Source of the DNA: Octopus vulgaris
Taxonomy: Eukaryota
Reading direction: 5' to 3'
Length of the DNA: 64,000 nt
Assembly: GCA_951406725.2 (NCBI GenBank)
Contig: OX597821.1
Location: forward strand, 80,786,001-80,850,000
Shown here piece by piece: positions 1 to 14,019 of the stretch. The first letter of the stretch is position 1. Every line of letters begins with the position of its first letter. Both the position numbers and the translations under genes were made by a program. Below the pieces are notes generated by a model. The model did not search any database, was not told where the DNA came from, and worked only from the letters and a program-made list of their open reading frames with translations.

Positions 1-320
1 AAAGTGGTTACGTATTCAAAGTAAATGCAGATATGAACTGCAAGATACAGAATGTTATATACTGCATAACCTGCCCCACATGCAAGGAGGATTACGTAGG
101 TGAAACTGGTAATTCTTTGTGCCAGCGAGCCAGGATTCACCGACAACGTGTTCAGCAGGAAGAACTACGCAAGATACCACTAAGTACACACCTAGCGACA
201 TGTGGAGAAGGAAAGTTTAATATCTTTCCCTTCTACAAATGTCCGAAGAACGACACCTCTTTCAGGAGGAATATGGAAAAATATTTCATAGCTAAGTTCT
301 CCCCCAAATTAAATGGCTGA
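1..320 (+). mobile_element. Penelope-like retroelement 3' end (GIY-YIG endonuclease)
   Basis: ORF 33-320 reads NVIYCITCPTC..YVGETG..QRARIH..HLATC..EKYFIAKFSPKLN, the GIY-YIG layout with Cys/His insertion typical of Penelope-like elements; the frame is open to the window edge. Confidence 0.85.
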
Positions 321-577
321 AATTTTACTCATCATACATTGAAGGACAAATCATTCGATTTACAATGTAATATAGTAGAACATTTAGTATATGTGTGTAT
401 ATATATATTACCTTTTATATACATTATATTTTTGTAATTTACTTAATCTTTACTTTTTAATTGTCATCTTAATTTTAACTTTCCTATGATATGCAACTTT
501 CAAGATGGTGTAATTTAATTGTTCATTTTGAATTGATAAAAGGTGGCTTTTTTTCTAATATTTCATGTATAAGCATG

Positions 578-624
<47 letters not shown>

Positions 625-628
<4 letters not shown>

Positions 629-1367
629 GCACCGCACCGACTGGCCTCCGTGCTGTGGGCACGTAACAAACACCATCCGATCGTGGCCGTTCACCAGCCT
701 CATCTGGCACCTGTGTCGGTGGCACATAAAAACACCATCTGAAGACCCGGCAAGACTAGTCAGGCCATAACCTGTGGCCCCTACCTGGGACGTAGTCAGT
801 CCACCTGTGCATACCTTCCTTCTTGTGACACTTGTGAAGACCTGTTGAGGCAAGTGAAAATCAAAACAAATCAAAATAGATGAACATCAATGGAATTTGT
901 ATCTATGTGGTACCAGTGCCGGTGGCACGTGGCACACAAGAAAACCATCCGAACGTGGCCGTAGCCAGTACCGTATCGACTGGCCTCCATGCTGTGGGCA
1001 CGTAACAAACACCATCCGATCGTGGCCGTTTGCCAGCCTCATCTGGCACCTGTGTCGGTGGCACATAAAAACACCATCCGAGCGTGGCCGTCTGCCAGCC
1101 TCGTCTGGCACCTGTGTCGGTGGCACATAAAAAACACCATCCGAGCGTGGCTGTCTGCCAGCCTCGTCTGGCACCTGTGTCGGTGGCACATAAAATCACC
1201 CACTACACTCTCGGAGTGGTTGGCATTAGGAAGGGCATCCAGCTGTAGAAACACTGCCAGATCTGACTGGACTGGTGCAGCTTTCGGGCTCCCCAGACCC
1301 CAGTTGAACCGTCCAACCCATGCTAGCATGGAAAGCGGACGTTAAATGATGATGATGATGATGATGA
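625..1367 (+). mobile_element. SINE family B (MetaSINE-like core) with internal ~59-bp tandem repeats
   Basis: Core GAGTGGTTGGCATTAGGAAGGGCATCCAGCTGTAGAAAC and (ATG)n tail; the unit AAACACCATCCGAGCGTGGCC...GGTGGCACATAA repeats at ~668 and three times at 1008-1195. Related copies at ~7455-7635(-), 10590-10800(-), 16755-16895, 22830-23090, 26870-27235, 27770-27960, 28885-29520, 48765-48960(-), 50935-51180(-), 63278-63585. Confidence 0.75.
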
Positions 1368-2099
1368 TATATATATAGAGAGAGAGAGAGGTATAAATAT
1401 CAACACAATTTTTCTCTCTTCTCTTCTCCAAACTCACAGACACCCACACACGCACACACAGACACACACACACACATACCTCCACAAAACAATCATAAAA
1501 AGTGGAAAGAATTCTTAAACCCCAAAAAGCATTTGACCATTAAACACACACACTCTCTCACAATGATAAAAGGAAATATAATTTATGGCCTGCCTCCCTG
1601 CCACCACACACTCAGTGACACTGTGAAGTGGTCAAAACTGAAATTCTTTCTTTTTTCCCAAGACCTTAGAACCCCCTTGGAGTCAATATTCTGTCCAGCA
1701 GACCAAAAAAAAATTCTTTTCTTCTCCTTCCCTCTCCCTTCCCCTCTTTTTCTTTAGCCCTCATCCCAGATACAAAAACACACACGCACACACACACATA
1801 CACACATGTTCTCTCTCTCACTATCTCTTCATCCATCACCCTCTTGTACTGTCTTATATTCCTCCCCACCACTACAAACTCTATAAAATAATCCACTACA
1901 AAATAGTCAAAATTCCTCACACTGGAACTTAATTTGATTTGAAAACCCCACTAGAATGGGAGAAAGCGCTAATGATCTAAGTGATATGATATATATATAA
2001 AAAATGTAATATATAAATAAATATCTGTAAATATAAACCATCATAAGCTGAAACTAGAATCAATCAATCAAAATCCGATTTTCTGAGTACCTCATTTCT

Positions 2100-3350
<1,251 letters not shown>

Positions 3351-3816
3351 TGGAAAAATGTGGAGGTAGAAAATGCTAAGATAATTTTATAAAAAACATT
3401 TCATTATCTCTTATATAAAATCCTTTCTGTCAGTGAGTATGTGTGTGTGTGTGTGTGTCTTCTAGGATCTCGGGCATCCTCCATCTGATTGCGCTCAATT
3501 TTGAAATGTAGATGACGATGGTATCAGGGCGTGTATAAGTCTTGAAAAAATTACAAAAATCGATTCTGGGTGAGAATGCGATCAATAAAGCCGTGGGAAA
3601 TCGTTTTTCGTTGGAATAGAAAAAAGTCAATCGTTATTTCTTCTTTTGCTGGTGTCTCAAATTTAGGTTAAATCAGTGTTTCTCAAAGGGGATGCCTATG
3701 GGACGGTCGGACAAGTTGTTTTGAGAAAATTTGGTTTAAATGTTTGACAACTCAGCACCATCCATTGGACAGGGGAGGGGGTACGTTTTACTCGTATATA
3801 TATATATATATATATA

Positions 3817-4230
3817 TTCTTTTATTTGTTTCATACATTTGACTGCGGCCATGCTGGAACACCGCCTTTAGTCGAACAAACCATCCCCGGGACTTATTCA
3901 TTATGAGCATACTACTTATTCTATCAGCATCTTTTGCCAAACCGCTAAAGATTATGGAAACCTAAACACACCAGCATTGGTTGTCAATCGATGGTGGTGG
4001 GGTGACGAGCAGACACACAAATATATACATGCACACACACACACACACATATAAGTATATATTTATATACAACAGGCTTCTTTAAGTTTCTGTCTACCAG
4101 ATCCACTCACAAGGCTTTGATTGTCCCGAGGCTATTGTAGAAGACACTTGCCCAAGTAGCCACGCAATGGGACTGAACCTAGAACTATGTGGTTGGTAAG
4201 CAGTCTACTTACCACACAGCCACTCTTGCA
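3817..4230 (-). mobile_element. tRNA-derived SINE family A
   Basis: Reverse complement of the family with head GGAGTGGCTGTGTGGTAAG..GGTTCAGTCCC (A/B-box-like), a central microsatellite and tail ...AATGACTGAAACAAGTAAAAGAG. Confidence 0.8.
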
Positions 4231-4589
4231 CCTAGATATATATATATGAAGGAGTGTAGAAAGGCTCCTGACTTTAAAGATATTATGAAAGGCCTAGTTG
4301 GATGCCCAACTTTCCAAATTCTTTTACAGGACTTAGGAAAACTGAAGAACTGCTGCAAGAGGTGTGTGAATCCGTGAAGGAAATATGTTAAATAAAATCG
4401 TAATTAACTCTACTTCCTGTATTTTCTTTTACCCAAAGTCAGGAACTTTTCAGCACCCCTTTGTAAGTGAAAGGAAGCAGAAGGCTTAATTGGATGGTAG
4501 AATTACAGGTATAGGCACAGTAATGTACCAGCTCCTGCATTCAGTCAACAGAAGAGAAGATGTTGGTAGTAAAGCCAAACTTACTCTCC

Positions 4590-5020
4590 ACAGCTCAGCT
4601 TCCATTCCTATCCTTACCTACAGTCATGCATGTTGGGTGACGACTGAATCAGTATGAACAGAATTAAATGCAGCTGAAACAGGGCTCTTCTGAAGGATCA
4701 TTGGAATAACATTACTCAAAGGAGAGCATAACTTGGAGATCAGGAAGGTTCTCCAAGTTGAGCTGCTACTTCTTCAGATTGAGCTCAAGTAATGGACATG
4801 TGATTAGAATGTCATGGAAAAGAATTGCATGTCAGAGTCTTCAAACTGAACCAACTGGTAGGAGACCTAAGGGTAGACAAAGAACAAAATAGTTGGATAA
4901 TATCTGTAGACTCCGTTGGTCATAGTTGGGAATCCAGCCAATAAGTATAATGACAGTTGCTTCTAATAGGGACCTATAGAGTTGGTACTTGAGAACTCTA
5001 CTTGTATGACCCTTCCAGGA
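4590..5020 (+). mobile_element. degenerate RTE-clade LINE 3' fragment
   Basis: Broken frames give ILTYSHACW..HVIRM..PTGRRPKGRQRTK; a homologous copy lies at ~23480-23800 (-). Confidence 0.6.
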
Positions 5021-5114
5021 ATAAGTGAGCAGAAAAATGAATGGATGGATGGATGGATGGCTCGATTGATCTGGTAAAATTAATGAAAAAGAAGACGAGA
5101 ACAATTTCACTTAC

Positions 5115-5291
5115 AGTAGGTATTTTGATTTCAATATTTTTCTTTGCTTTGTGGAAAACTTTTCCTTGGTGGGTCAGTCCATAATATTTTTTGTTCATTA
5201 TTTTTGATGTGTCAGTGAAGATGTTAACTACAATGTCTCTTTTCGCTAACATGGACACTATGTGAGACAGATCAGTTGTATTCTGCAACGT
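5115..5291 (-). CDS. LLTP (apolipophorin/vitellogenin-like) exon 21, VWA-like C-terminal part; last exon found
   Basis: ttttcag|ACG TTG CAG...ATA CCT ACT|gtaagt; TLQNTTDLSHIVSMLAKRDIVVNIF...; phase 0/0; ends on a donor, so the gene continues. Confidence 0.9.
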
Positions 5292-5619
5292 CTGAAAATA
5301 TGATAAAGAAAACATTTTAATAGGATCATTCTATTGAAAAGAAAATCATGCATTATATCCAGCTATAGATATTAGTATTGCATTTTGGCACAAGGCCAGC
5401 AATTTTAGCGGAGGTGATAAGTCAATTACATCGACCCCAGTGTTTAACTGGTACTTATTTTATAGATCCTGAAAGGATGAAAAGCTAAGTCAACCTCAGT
5501 GGAATTTGAACTTAGACCGTAAAAATGGACAAAATACCACTAAGCATTTTGTCCAGTACTCTAACAGTTCTGCAGGTTGGCCACCTTAAATAATAATGAT
5601 AATAATAATAATGTATCAT

Positions 5620-6140
5620 GTACATTGTTTTGTCTTGGTATAAAAGATGGGCTACAGCAAATATTCTGCTCAATACCACAGATTTGCTTGTCAGTTGTTT
5701 GACCTTAACCAGTTGAGCATGTCCCTTAGTGGCTGACGATATGTGCATCTCTGATCACGAGCAGAAGTAGTGGGGGAGCATCATAGCCATGTGTTGAAAG
5801 GGATTCTTAGAGGTTTGGAATAATTCACCTCTTTGGAAACATGGGTGGTTCGTTCAATCATCCTTAAACAACCCTTATTCAGGGACCTTTTGAGTGGGAT
5901 GGGTTACCTGACCAGAAGAAAATTCTAACTGGGCCCCACCTGCAAGGTTATGTGCTGTTTATCTTGATATGAGATCACCATGTCGTGCACATATGGTTGT
6001 GATGCATGTGCCTAGTGTACCCTTATCAGACGGGTAGTCATGATGGGTATACTGTGCTTCGTATATTTTACCCCAGTGTCACTTTGATGGCATGCACTGC
6101 TCTCTCACTCAATGATAATAATAATAATAGTAATAATAAT
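5620..6140 (+). mobile_element. dispersed retroposon 3' fragment with (AAT)n tail
   Basis: ~500 bp closely matching 46505-47085 in opposite orientation. Confidence 0.7.
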
Positions 6141-6245
6141 AATAATAATAATCATAATAATAACGTAAAACAGAAGAAGTGAAGAGAATAAAATATGATA
6201 AAAAATATAGAGTCATAGGAGGGGATCTAGGGCATCTTAACATAC

Positions 6246-6534
6246 CGTAATATCAGCAAATATCATAATCATACGTCCAGAATCTTTCTTGAATGGGTAG
6301 TCAGCTGCCCATAATAGGGCTTCATGAAGTGGGCTAAGCTGGTGACCAAAATGATGAGAGTTGTGAGGAGTGTACAATGGACTTTTGTGTCCTTTATGAA
6401 AGTGATTATCATGATGTCCATGGCTCTGGTGACCATGTTCATCATGGTCGTCAGGATCTCCTCCACGTTTGCCTTGACTTGATTTCTTTAAGTTCTTCAA
6501 GGCCAAGTGGATGTTGTCTTCATCTCCAAAATAT
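6246..6534 (-). CDS. LLTP exon 20, VWA-like domain with His-rich insertion
   Basis: tttcag|A TAT TTT GGA...ATT ACG|gtatgt; QYFGDEDNIHLALKNL...HDEHGHQSHGHHDNHFHKGH...EALLWAADYPFKKDSGRMIMIFAD; phase 2/0. Confidence 0.9.
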
Positions 6535-6588
6535 CTGAAAGAAAAGTAGAAGTAAAAGAAGTCATATTATTAAGAAAATATAGGCATA

Positions 6589-6985
6589 GGAGTGGCTGTG
6601 TGGTAAGTAGCTTGCTTACGAACCACATGGTTCCGGGTTCAGTCCCACTGCGTGGCACCTTGGGCAAGTGTCTTCTAGTATAGCCTCGGGCCATCCCAAG
6701 CCTTGTAAGTGGATTTGGTAGATGGAAACTGAAAGAAGCCTATCGTATATATATATATATATGTGTGTGTATGTGCATATGTTTGTGTGTCTGTGTTTGT
6801 CCCCCCAACATTGCTTGACAACCGATGCTAGTGTGTTTATGTCCCCGTAAGTTAGTGGTTCGGCAAAAGAGACCGATAGAACAAGTACTAGGCTTTTAAA
6901 GAATAAGTCCTGGGGTCGGTTTGCTCGACTAAAGCCGGTATTCCAGCATGGCCACAGTCATATGACTGAAACAAGTAAAAGAGTG
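6589..6985 (+). mobile_element. tRNA-derived SINE family A (full length)
   Basis: Head, core TTGGGCAAGTGTCTTCT, microsatellite and tail. Other copies at ~11093-11500, 18600-19165, 30005-30950 (interrupted), 36566-36965, 50505-50875, 54635-54980(-), 63612-63990. Confidence 0.85.
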
Positions 6986-7455
6986 ACATGACTAAAAAGT
7001 ATCACCTAACCCCATAAAAAAAAAAAACTTATATGACAGCAAACCTAATCAAATGTTTGAAAAGCAAACCACATGGTATAAAGGTATCACATGACAATAG
7101 TCACATGATGATAATGGGAATCAAATGACAATCAAAAGCTATCAAACAGATTATCTGTAATTTTTCTTTTTGTGACATCTACATACATAACTTTCCATCT
7201 AAACTTCATTCTTAACACCTGCTGCTATGTTCTGGTGACCTAACGAGATAGCTTTCATTATTTGCATTGACATATTAAATATACAGCTGTATTGTATAAC
7301 ACGTAGTATGCATATTGATGCCAAAATGGAAATATAATGTAATTCCACACTAAGATCATTACCAGATGAAGAAGGCTGAGAAATGGTTGTAATAAGATGT
7401 CAAGTGGTTGAATAAATATATTCATCTCTCATATCTCCTGACCTTTTATGGTTTA

Positions 7456-7488
<33 letters not shown>

Positions 7489-7632
7489 TTAAAATCCGTT
7501 TTCCATGCTGGCATGGGCTGGACAGTTTGATAGGGGCTGGCTTGGCCAAAGATTGCATCAGGTTTCTCTGTCTGTTCTGGCAGGGTTTTTATGGCTAGAT
7601 GTCCTTCCTAACACCAGCCACCTTACAGAGTG

Positions 7633-7670
<38 letters not shown>

Positions 7671-7674
<4 letters not shown>

Positions 7675-8922
7675 GTTGAGTAAAAAGTAAGTAATGTTTT
7701 GGAACCATGAAGAATTTGTACCGGATTTTTGCAAAATTTTGAATCTTTTTTAAACATTTTTTGCAACTGTCTCATAATAGAGACATAAACTTGCCCAAAT
7801 GCATCAATAAATTAACATTAATATTTTTTCCACTGTTGTTACAATCATCTGAAATGGAACTGTCAAAGCATGATATTCAAGCAATTTTGCTATTTAACTC
7901 CAAAATAGGATGTAAAGCAGCTGAAACTGCTCACAGTATCAACGAAACATTTGGTGAGGAAATGAGCAGTGAGTGGTCAGCTTAAAAATGGTTTAAACGA
8001 TTTTGCAGTGGAGACCTGAGCCTTGAAGATCATGAGCATAGTGGACACTCACCTGTCATCGATGACGGTCAATTAAAGACCGTCATTGAGAAAGATTCAT
8101 GTAAAACCACTTGAGAACTGGCAAAAGAACTTCAAGTTAGCCAGAAAACTGCCTGCAACCATTTGCATGTGATTGGAAAATCAAAAAAGCTCAACAAATG
8201 GGTACCACACGATTTGAATAAAAATCAGAAAATGTGCAGATGTGAAATTTGCTCATCACTTCTTCTTCGTAACCAAATTTATCCATTTCTCGACTCTGTT
8301 GTAACTTGCGATGAAAAGAGGATTCTGTACAATAATAAAAATCATTCTTCACAGTGGTTGGACCAAAATGAATCACTGGAAACTTTCCCTAAACTCAAGC
8401 TCTTCAAAAAGAAGGTTATGGTGACTGTTTGGTGGTGTACTGCTGGACTCATCCACTACAACTTCTTAAAATCTGGAAAAACCATTACTGTAGAAACACT
8501 GCCATGAAATTGCCAAAACTGCTACCCCTCCGTCCCACACAGGTCAACAGAAGAGGGTCAATCATTCTTCATGACAATGCTCCTTCACATGTTTCACTAA
8601 TGATGTTCCAGAAGTTGAGGGAACTTAGCTACGAAGATCTTCTCCACCCTTATTCCCCAGACTAACACTTTTTCAAGCACCTTAATGGTTTCCTGTGAGA
8701 GAAGGGCTTTAAAAATCAAACCAATGCTGAGAGTGCATTCAAAGAGTTCATCAAGAGTTCAGAACTCCAGATTTTTATGTCACCGAAATAAACAAACTTG
8801 TAACTTGGTAAAAATGTGTTGATTGTAATGGTACTTACTTTGATGAATAAAATTTCTGCATTGTTGAAATATATTAGGATGAATTTCATGTTTCAAAACG
8901 TTGCTTACTTTTTACTCAGCTA
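7671..8922 (+). mobile_element. mariner transposon, full length, inactivated
   Basis: TIRs CAGGTTGAGTAAAAAGTAAGTAATGTTTTG / CAAAACGTTGCTTACTTTTTACTCAGCT; transposase motifs WVPHDL, VTCDEK, ILHDNAPSH, HPYSPD across broken frames. Confidence 0.9.
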
Positions 8923-9006
8923 GGAATGTAGTACAGTGCAAAATAGAGCTCTATTATTTACATTATTTATATTCGACAGATATATATCCTCATCCTGTTT
9001 GTTGTT

Positions 9007-9052
9007 AACACAACGTTTCGGCTGGTGTACCCTCCAGCTTTCATCAGGTGTC
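9007..9052 (-). ncRNA. minimal hammerhead ribozyme motif (Penelope type)
   Basis: Minus strand GACAC-CTGATGA-AAGCTGG(agggtaca)CCAGCC-GAAA-CG-TT-GTGTT; stems I and II pair and stem III is the palindrome AACGTT. Confidence 0.65.
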
Positions 9053-9352
9053 TTGGGGGAAATTTCGAACCTGGGTTCTTATTCTTAAGAGCTCGTTCAC
9101 CCTTAATTTAAATCTTGTGTATATGTTGTATCAAAACATGTGTAGTGTTTATTAAATAGCTGTCTAGCCATACTCTTTCTTGTTGACTCTATTTTTTCAA
9201 TTTAAATATATAGTGAGAGAAAGAGACTGACAGACAGATATAGCATAGAAATTATATATTTTTTATTTTCCTTTGGCATGTGTGTGTGTGTGTGTGTGTG
9301 TGCCTAAGTGTGCGCATAGATATGAGAGAGTGAGAGTGAAATACTTCCTTAC

Positions 9353-9590
9353 TGTCCATGAATTGTGTAGACATTAGCGTGTTCAGTTGAACCACCATAT
9401 GTTCCACCATAAGCCACAAGGCCCAGCCTAGCGTCTTTAACCTGAACTTGCTCAAACAAACTGTAGACATAATTGTGTGCTGGCTCTTTAGCAATAAGTT
9501 TGTGTTCATCAAGGATAAGAACCACATCACGCTTGATTTTTCGGGTCTTTTCTTTCCAGATTATTTGATCATGGGATTGTGTGCATTTAA
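9353..9590 (-). CDS. LLTP exon 19, start of VWA-like domain
   Basis: cacag|TT AAA TGC...CAT GGA CA|gtaagg; IKC...KRDVVLILDEHK...ARLGLVAYGG...HANVYTIHG; phase 1/2; this frame is not in the ORF track. Confidence 0.9.
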
Positions 9591-9745
9591 CTGTGAATTA
9601 GAAATGTTTTGATATTTGACATTATATTCAGTATGACAAAATTCTTGCACACGCATATATGTTTGAAAGTATATATTTTAAATAAAATGAGACAACAAAA
9701 CCAAGGCAGTGTGAAATTTCTAGGACATTTATAAAGAGAAACGTA

Positions 9746-9793
9746 GTCTTACAGCTGTTTCGGGGACATGAGGTATATCCCTTCATCAGAGAC
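9746..9793 (-). ncRNA. type I hammerhead ribozyme motif, intact core
   Basis: Minus strand GTCT-CTGATGA-AGGGATAT(acctc)ATGTCCCC-GAAA-CAGCTG-TA-AGAC; palindromic stem III ACAGCTGT; GUA cleavage triplet. Confidence 0.75.
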
Positions 9794-11253
9794 AATATGA
9801 GAGAGTTAAATAGAGGTAAATAGTAGAGTCCCATATAAGAAGTTATTTTGGAAAGGGAGAGATATAGGAAGTATAAAGGGAATCTATTTGTTATTACTTG
9901 TTACTTCTATTAAAAATAAAGAATAACTCAAAATATTCTTTTCCCATGTAATCCATATGTTTTCGAGGCTATGCTATTATGTTAATTGATAATGCATCAA
10001 ATGTGTCAATTAGCGGAGTCTTTGATAATTCTTTCCTTACCTCAATGAGGCTGGTGACATATATTAAAAGCCCTTATAGAACTATAGTCATAAAAAGGTA
10101 TAGAACTACATTATCACCCTCAAATTTGAGAAACAAACATTCCTAACTTTTTTTAAACTTCATTGCTTGAGATTGATACAATGAAATTGTTCAAATTGAG
10201 CTCTTAATTTAAGATTAATCAAAATATAGTCTATTTTTAAAATAAAAAAGTTGATTATACTTAAATCCAATTTTTTGCCTTTTATTTATTGTGCCAAAAC
10301 TATGAAATTCTTCATGCTTTCTTCTATCATTGAAGCTAAGATAAATATATTTTACTTTTAAAATAAAAAAGTTATTTAGATCAACACTTGATTGGAGGCA
10401 TTACTTACTCTCCTATAATGTTGCTAGAAATTCTGATGTAAACTTTTTTCCACTGGACCAAATCTCAATTTTTTATGCCAAAATGTAGCTAGGGACCAGT
10501 CCTCTTCAAAAATATTAACGGTGTTCCATTTGGTTAAGAACTGAATTAGTGACAAGCTCTGAAAGATGCTGCATGTGAGTAAATTACATCATCATCATCA
10601 ACATCTTCATCATCATCATCATCATCGTCGTTTAACAGTTACTTTCCATGCTGGCATGGATTGTACAGTTTGGCTGAGGACTGGCAAGCCAGAAGGCTGC
10701 CCCAGGCTCCAATCTGATCTGGTAATGTTTCTACAGCTGGATGCCCTTCCTAATGCCAACCACTCCAAGAGTGTAGTGGGTGCTTTTTACATGCCACTGG
10801 CATATATCACTAATGCATTGGCTCTCAACTTGGTGTCCATATAGCCCCTGAGGGTCCATATAAGATTTCTGGTGGGGATCCATGCAACAAAAAGATAAAT
10901 TGGGGATCCACAGTGGTATTTTAATGACTTCTGAAAAAATTTTATTTTAGATGTTTTCTTTCTACAGATGGAAAATGGTTAAGAACCCCTGATCTGATCT
11001 AACGTAAATTGTATTAAACTAAGTGTTACTGATAATTTCTTGCTTTTGTAAGGAAGGAAAATACATTTTTTAGTAAAATCTGCACAGGCATAGGAGTGGC
11101 TGTGTGGTAAGTAGCTTGCTTACAAACCACATGGTTCCGAGTTCAGTCCCACTGCATGGCACCTTGGGCAAGTATCTTCTACTATAGCCTTGGGCCGACC
11201 AAAGCCTTGTGAGTGAATTTGGTAGAAGTAAACTGAAAGAAGCCCGTTGTATG

Positions 11254-11290
<37 letters not shown>

Positions 11291-11948
11291 GTGCATGTTT
11301 GTGTGTCTGTGTTTGTCCCCCCAACATCACTTGACAACCGATGGTGGTGTGTTTACGTCTCCGTAACTTAGCGGTTCAGCAAAAGAGACTGATAGAATAA
11401 GAACTTGGATTACAAAGAATAAGTCCTGGGATCGATTTGCTCAACTAAAGACGGTGCTCCAGCATGGCCACAGTCAAAATGACTGAAACGAGTAAGAGAA
11501 TAGAATATGGTTATTAGTGATTGGTATGTCTATTATGAAAAACAAAAATTGGGAGGAATATGAGATCCAAGAAGACAGCTGAATAAAAAGAGTTTGCTTC
11601 TTTTCAGGAATGGAGCATGTTTTCTGGGAGAGGACTATAAAAAAAAAGGGGGTTATATAGCTAGGCTCTGGAATGAGAGCTAATTCTTGTGTAAAATATT
11701 GCAAGGCAACAGCTGAGATTCTGGCTTAGTTTCTGGATAGAGACAGTAGTTTTAAATCCCGTGACTACATGGGAAAGGGTAAATAAAATTTGTTTCAGGA
11801 GATTGTACGCATAATTTTTATTGCCTAAAAGAAATGATATAATATCTAGCAAGATTTGAACATCTATGTTGCAGTAAGAAATCCTTCACCTCATTTTGTT
11901 ATGTCTAATGAACAGTGTTATATTGAAAAATGTTTAGAAAAGTCTTAC

Positions 11949-12066
11949 TGCAAGTTTTTGGTAAATCAATATCTTTCTTTGGTTGACATTGGCTGACATA
12001 GGTTGATACTAAGGAACAGAGACCAGATTTCTTGTCCGAATCAGCACAGCTTTCGATGCAATGATC
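11949..12066 (-). CDS. LLTP exon 18, C8-like Cys-rich domain
   Basis: tttacag|GAT CAT TGC...ACT TGC A|gtaaga; DHCIESCADSDKKSGLCSLVSTYVSQC..LPKTC; phase 0/1. Confidence 0.9.
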
Positions 12067-13136
12067 CTGTAAAGAAAAGCAATATTGATTACTCAGAGAA
12101 CCAGTTCTGGAGGCAACCCCTTTCATGCAATCATTGACAATAATTCACCTGACATGGAACTTATCAAACAACACAGATTTAACATATAACCTCATATAAA
12201 TATAGAAATAACTGTGAATGGTGTTAAGGTAGAGGCTTGTAACACATAAGGAGGCAGGCTTCGACCTGATACGTGTACAGATTTCTTTGAATATTTAGAA
12301 GAAGCAGAGTAGGACTCGAACCTTTAGAAGCTCTCATAGAATTGTGATATTAATGCAGTTGATGTCTAGCTTTAACTTCTGCTGGAGAAATAGGAACAGT
12401 GAAGGGACTTTAGAGGGCTGCATATCTTGGAAGAAAATATTAGACAATAAAACTATTTATTGTAAGTTTGTAATGTAAGAAACTGTATGGGATGACAAGG
12501 TGGTAGTGGTGGTGGTGGTGAATCCTATGAACCACATTAACAAGCTGTGTAGTAAGTAGCTTACTAACTCAGAAGAACAAAGTCATAGTAAAAGACATAG
12601 TAAAGAGAAGAATCGGTATATTTGTGATCTGATGGTTGTGACCTGAGCACTTTCAAGTCTAAAATAAATTCATTCCTTTCTTCTCAATTTCTCTTTCTTC
12701 ACAGTCCCTTTACACAGACTTCTTGCCATATTTGGGACTTTCAGAAAGAAAAACAAAAAATGAATATGTAGGTGAGTGAGCCATTGCTACTCAGCCAGGT
12801 ATTTTAATTACTCAGCCAGGTAACCTGCTTTTGGATGGGGTCAAAGATATTTGTGTGTAATATCAGCTCTGTCTTCGATATCTGGGTCATACTTATGTCT
12901 TAGAGAGAGGGTTTGTAAATAACTAATCTGGGCTGAAAGATTTTGTGGCCCAGTCAAGGAAGTGTGGTTTTAGAAATGTCCAATATGTGAAGTGGCAACA
13001 AAAGATGAGAGATGTTTAGGACTAGCATTTTTTGTAACTTTGAGGGTTTCAACTAAGTATTGTCTATGTAGAAGAAGAAGAAGAAGATAATGATGATGAT
13101 GATGATGATAAAGAAGAAGAAGAAGGTGTGACTTAC

Positions 13137-13548
13137 CAAATAATTCATAGGATTATTCTCATCAAAGCAATTATTTAATGGTGAAAGGTAAAGAGCAAAC
13201 ATTTCCAGACATTTCTGTTTTGTTTCTGCAGGACAGTGCTTTGGATACGTTTGAGCAACGTCCTTCTTGGAAATTTCACATTTTTGTCTCTTGCTCAGTT
13301 CATAATGGTTAATGAACTGAGCAGTATTTGATGCCAGTGTACCATCTGTCAGTTTCATATCAGTTCCAAAGTCTCCATCAGCATTACCCAAAAGTCCGAG
13401 TGTATGATTATGGTGAATTCCATCAAATATAATTTTCATTTCATTTGAGCTACACATTATTTCAACTCCATATACTGATGTAACAATAACATAAGGGCCC
13501 CATATTTTGGCTGAGGTCATTTTCATTGGACATTGATATGGAAGTTCT
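13137..13548 (-). CDS. LLTP exon 17, VWD C-terminal part
   Basis: cttag|A GAA CTT CCA...TAT TTG|gtaagt; contains HNHTLGLLGNADGDFGTDMKLTDG (VWD GLxGNxDG..D motif); phase 2/0. Confidence 0.95.
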
Positions 13549-14019
13549 CTAAGACAACAGAAAGAAACAACTATTAAATGTAGAACTTAATTTCTTGAAA
13601 AAAAATATTTTAAAAAATGAATTAGAATAAGTTTAAGTGAAAATAAAATATATTTGGTTTGCAAGATTCGTGATGTGAACTCATGTGTTGAAACACACAT
13701 TTTTGTAAGTTGGGAGGGTCATTATGCTAATAATAAACACATGTACTGGCTCTATTTCACTATGTTATTTATTGGTCAATTGGTTAAATATTTAACCAAT
13801 TAATAAATCAATTATTTAATTAATTGTTCAGTCAATCAAACAATCAGTTAGGTTTGTCAAAGTCCTTTTATTGCCATTCATGACCACATCAATGACTTTT
13901 GGGGTCAATAAAATAAGTACAGCTGAGCACTAAAACTTGCTAGCCTTGTGCCAAAAACTGAAGTCAGTATAATTGAAAAAAAAATTGCTGATATTTAGCA
14001 CACTTGCTCCATAATTAAG

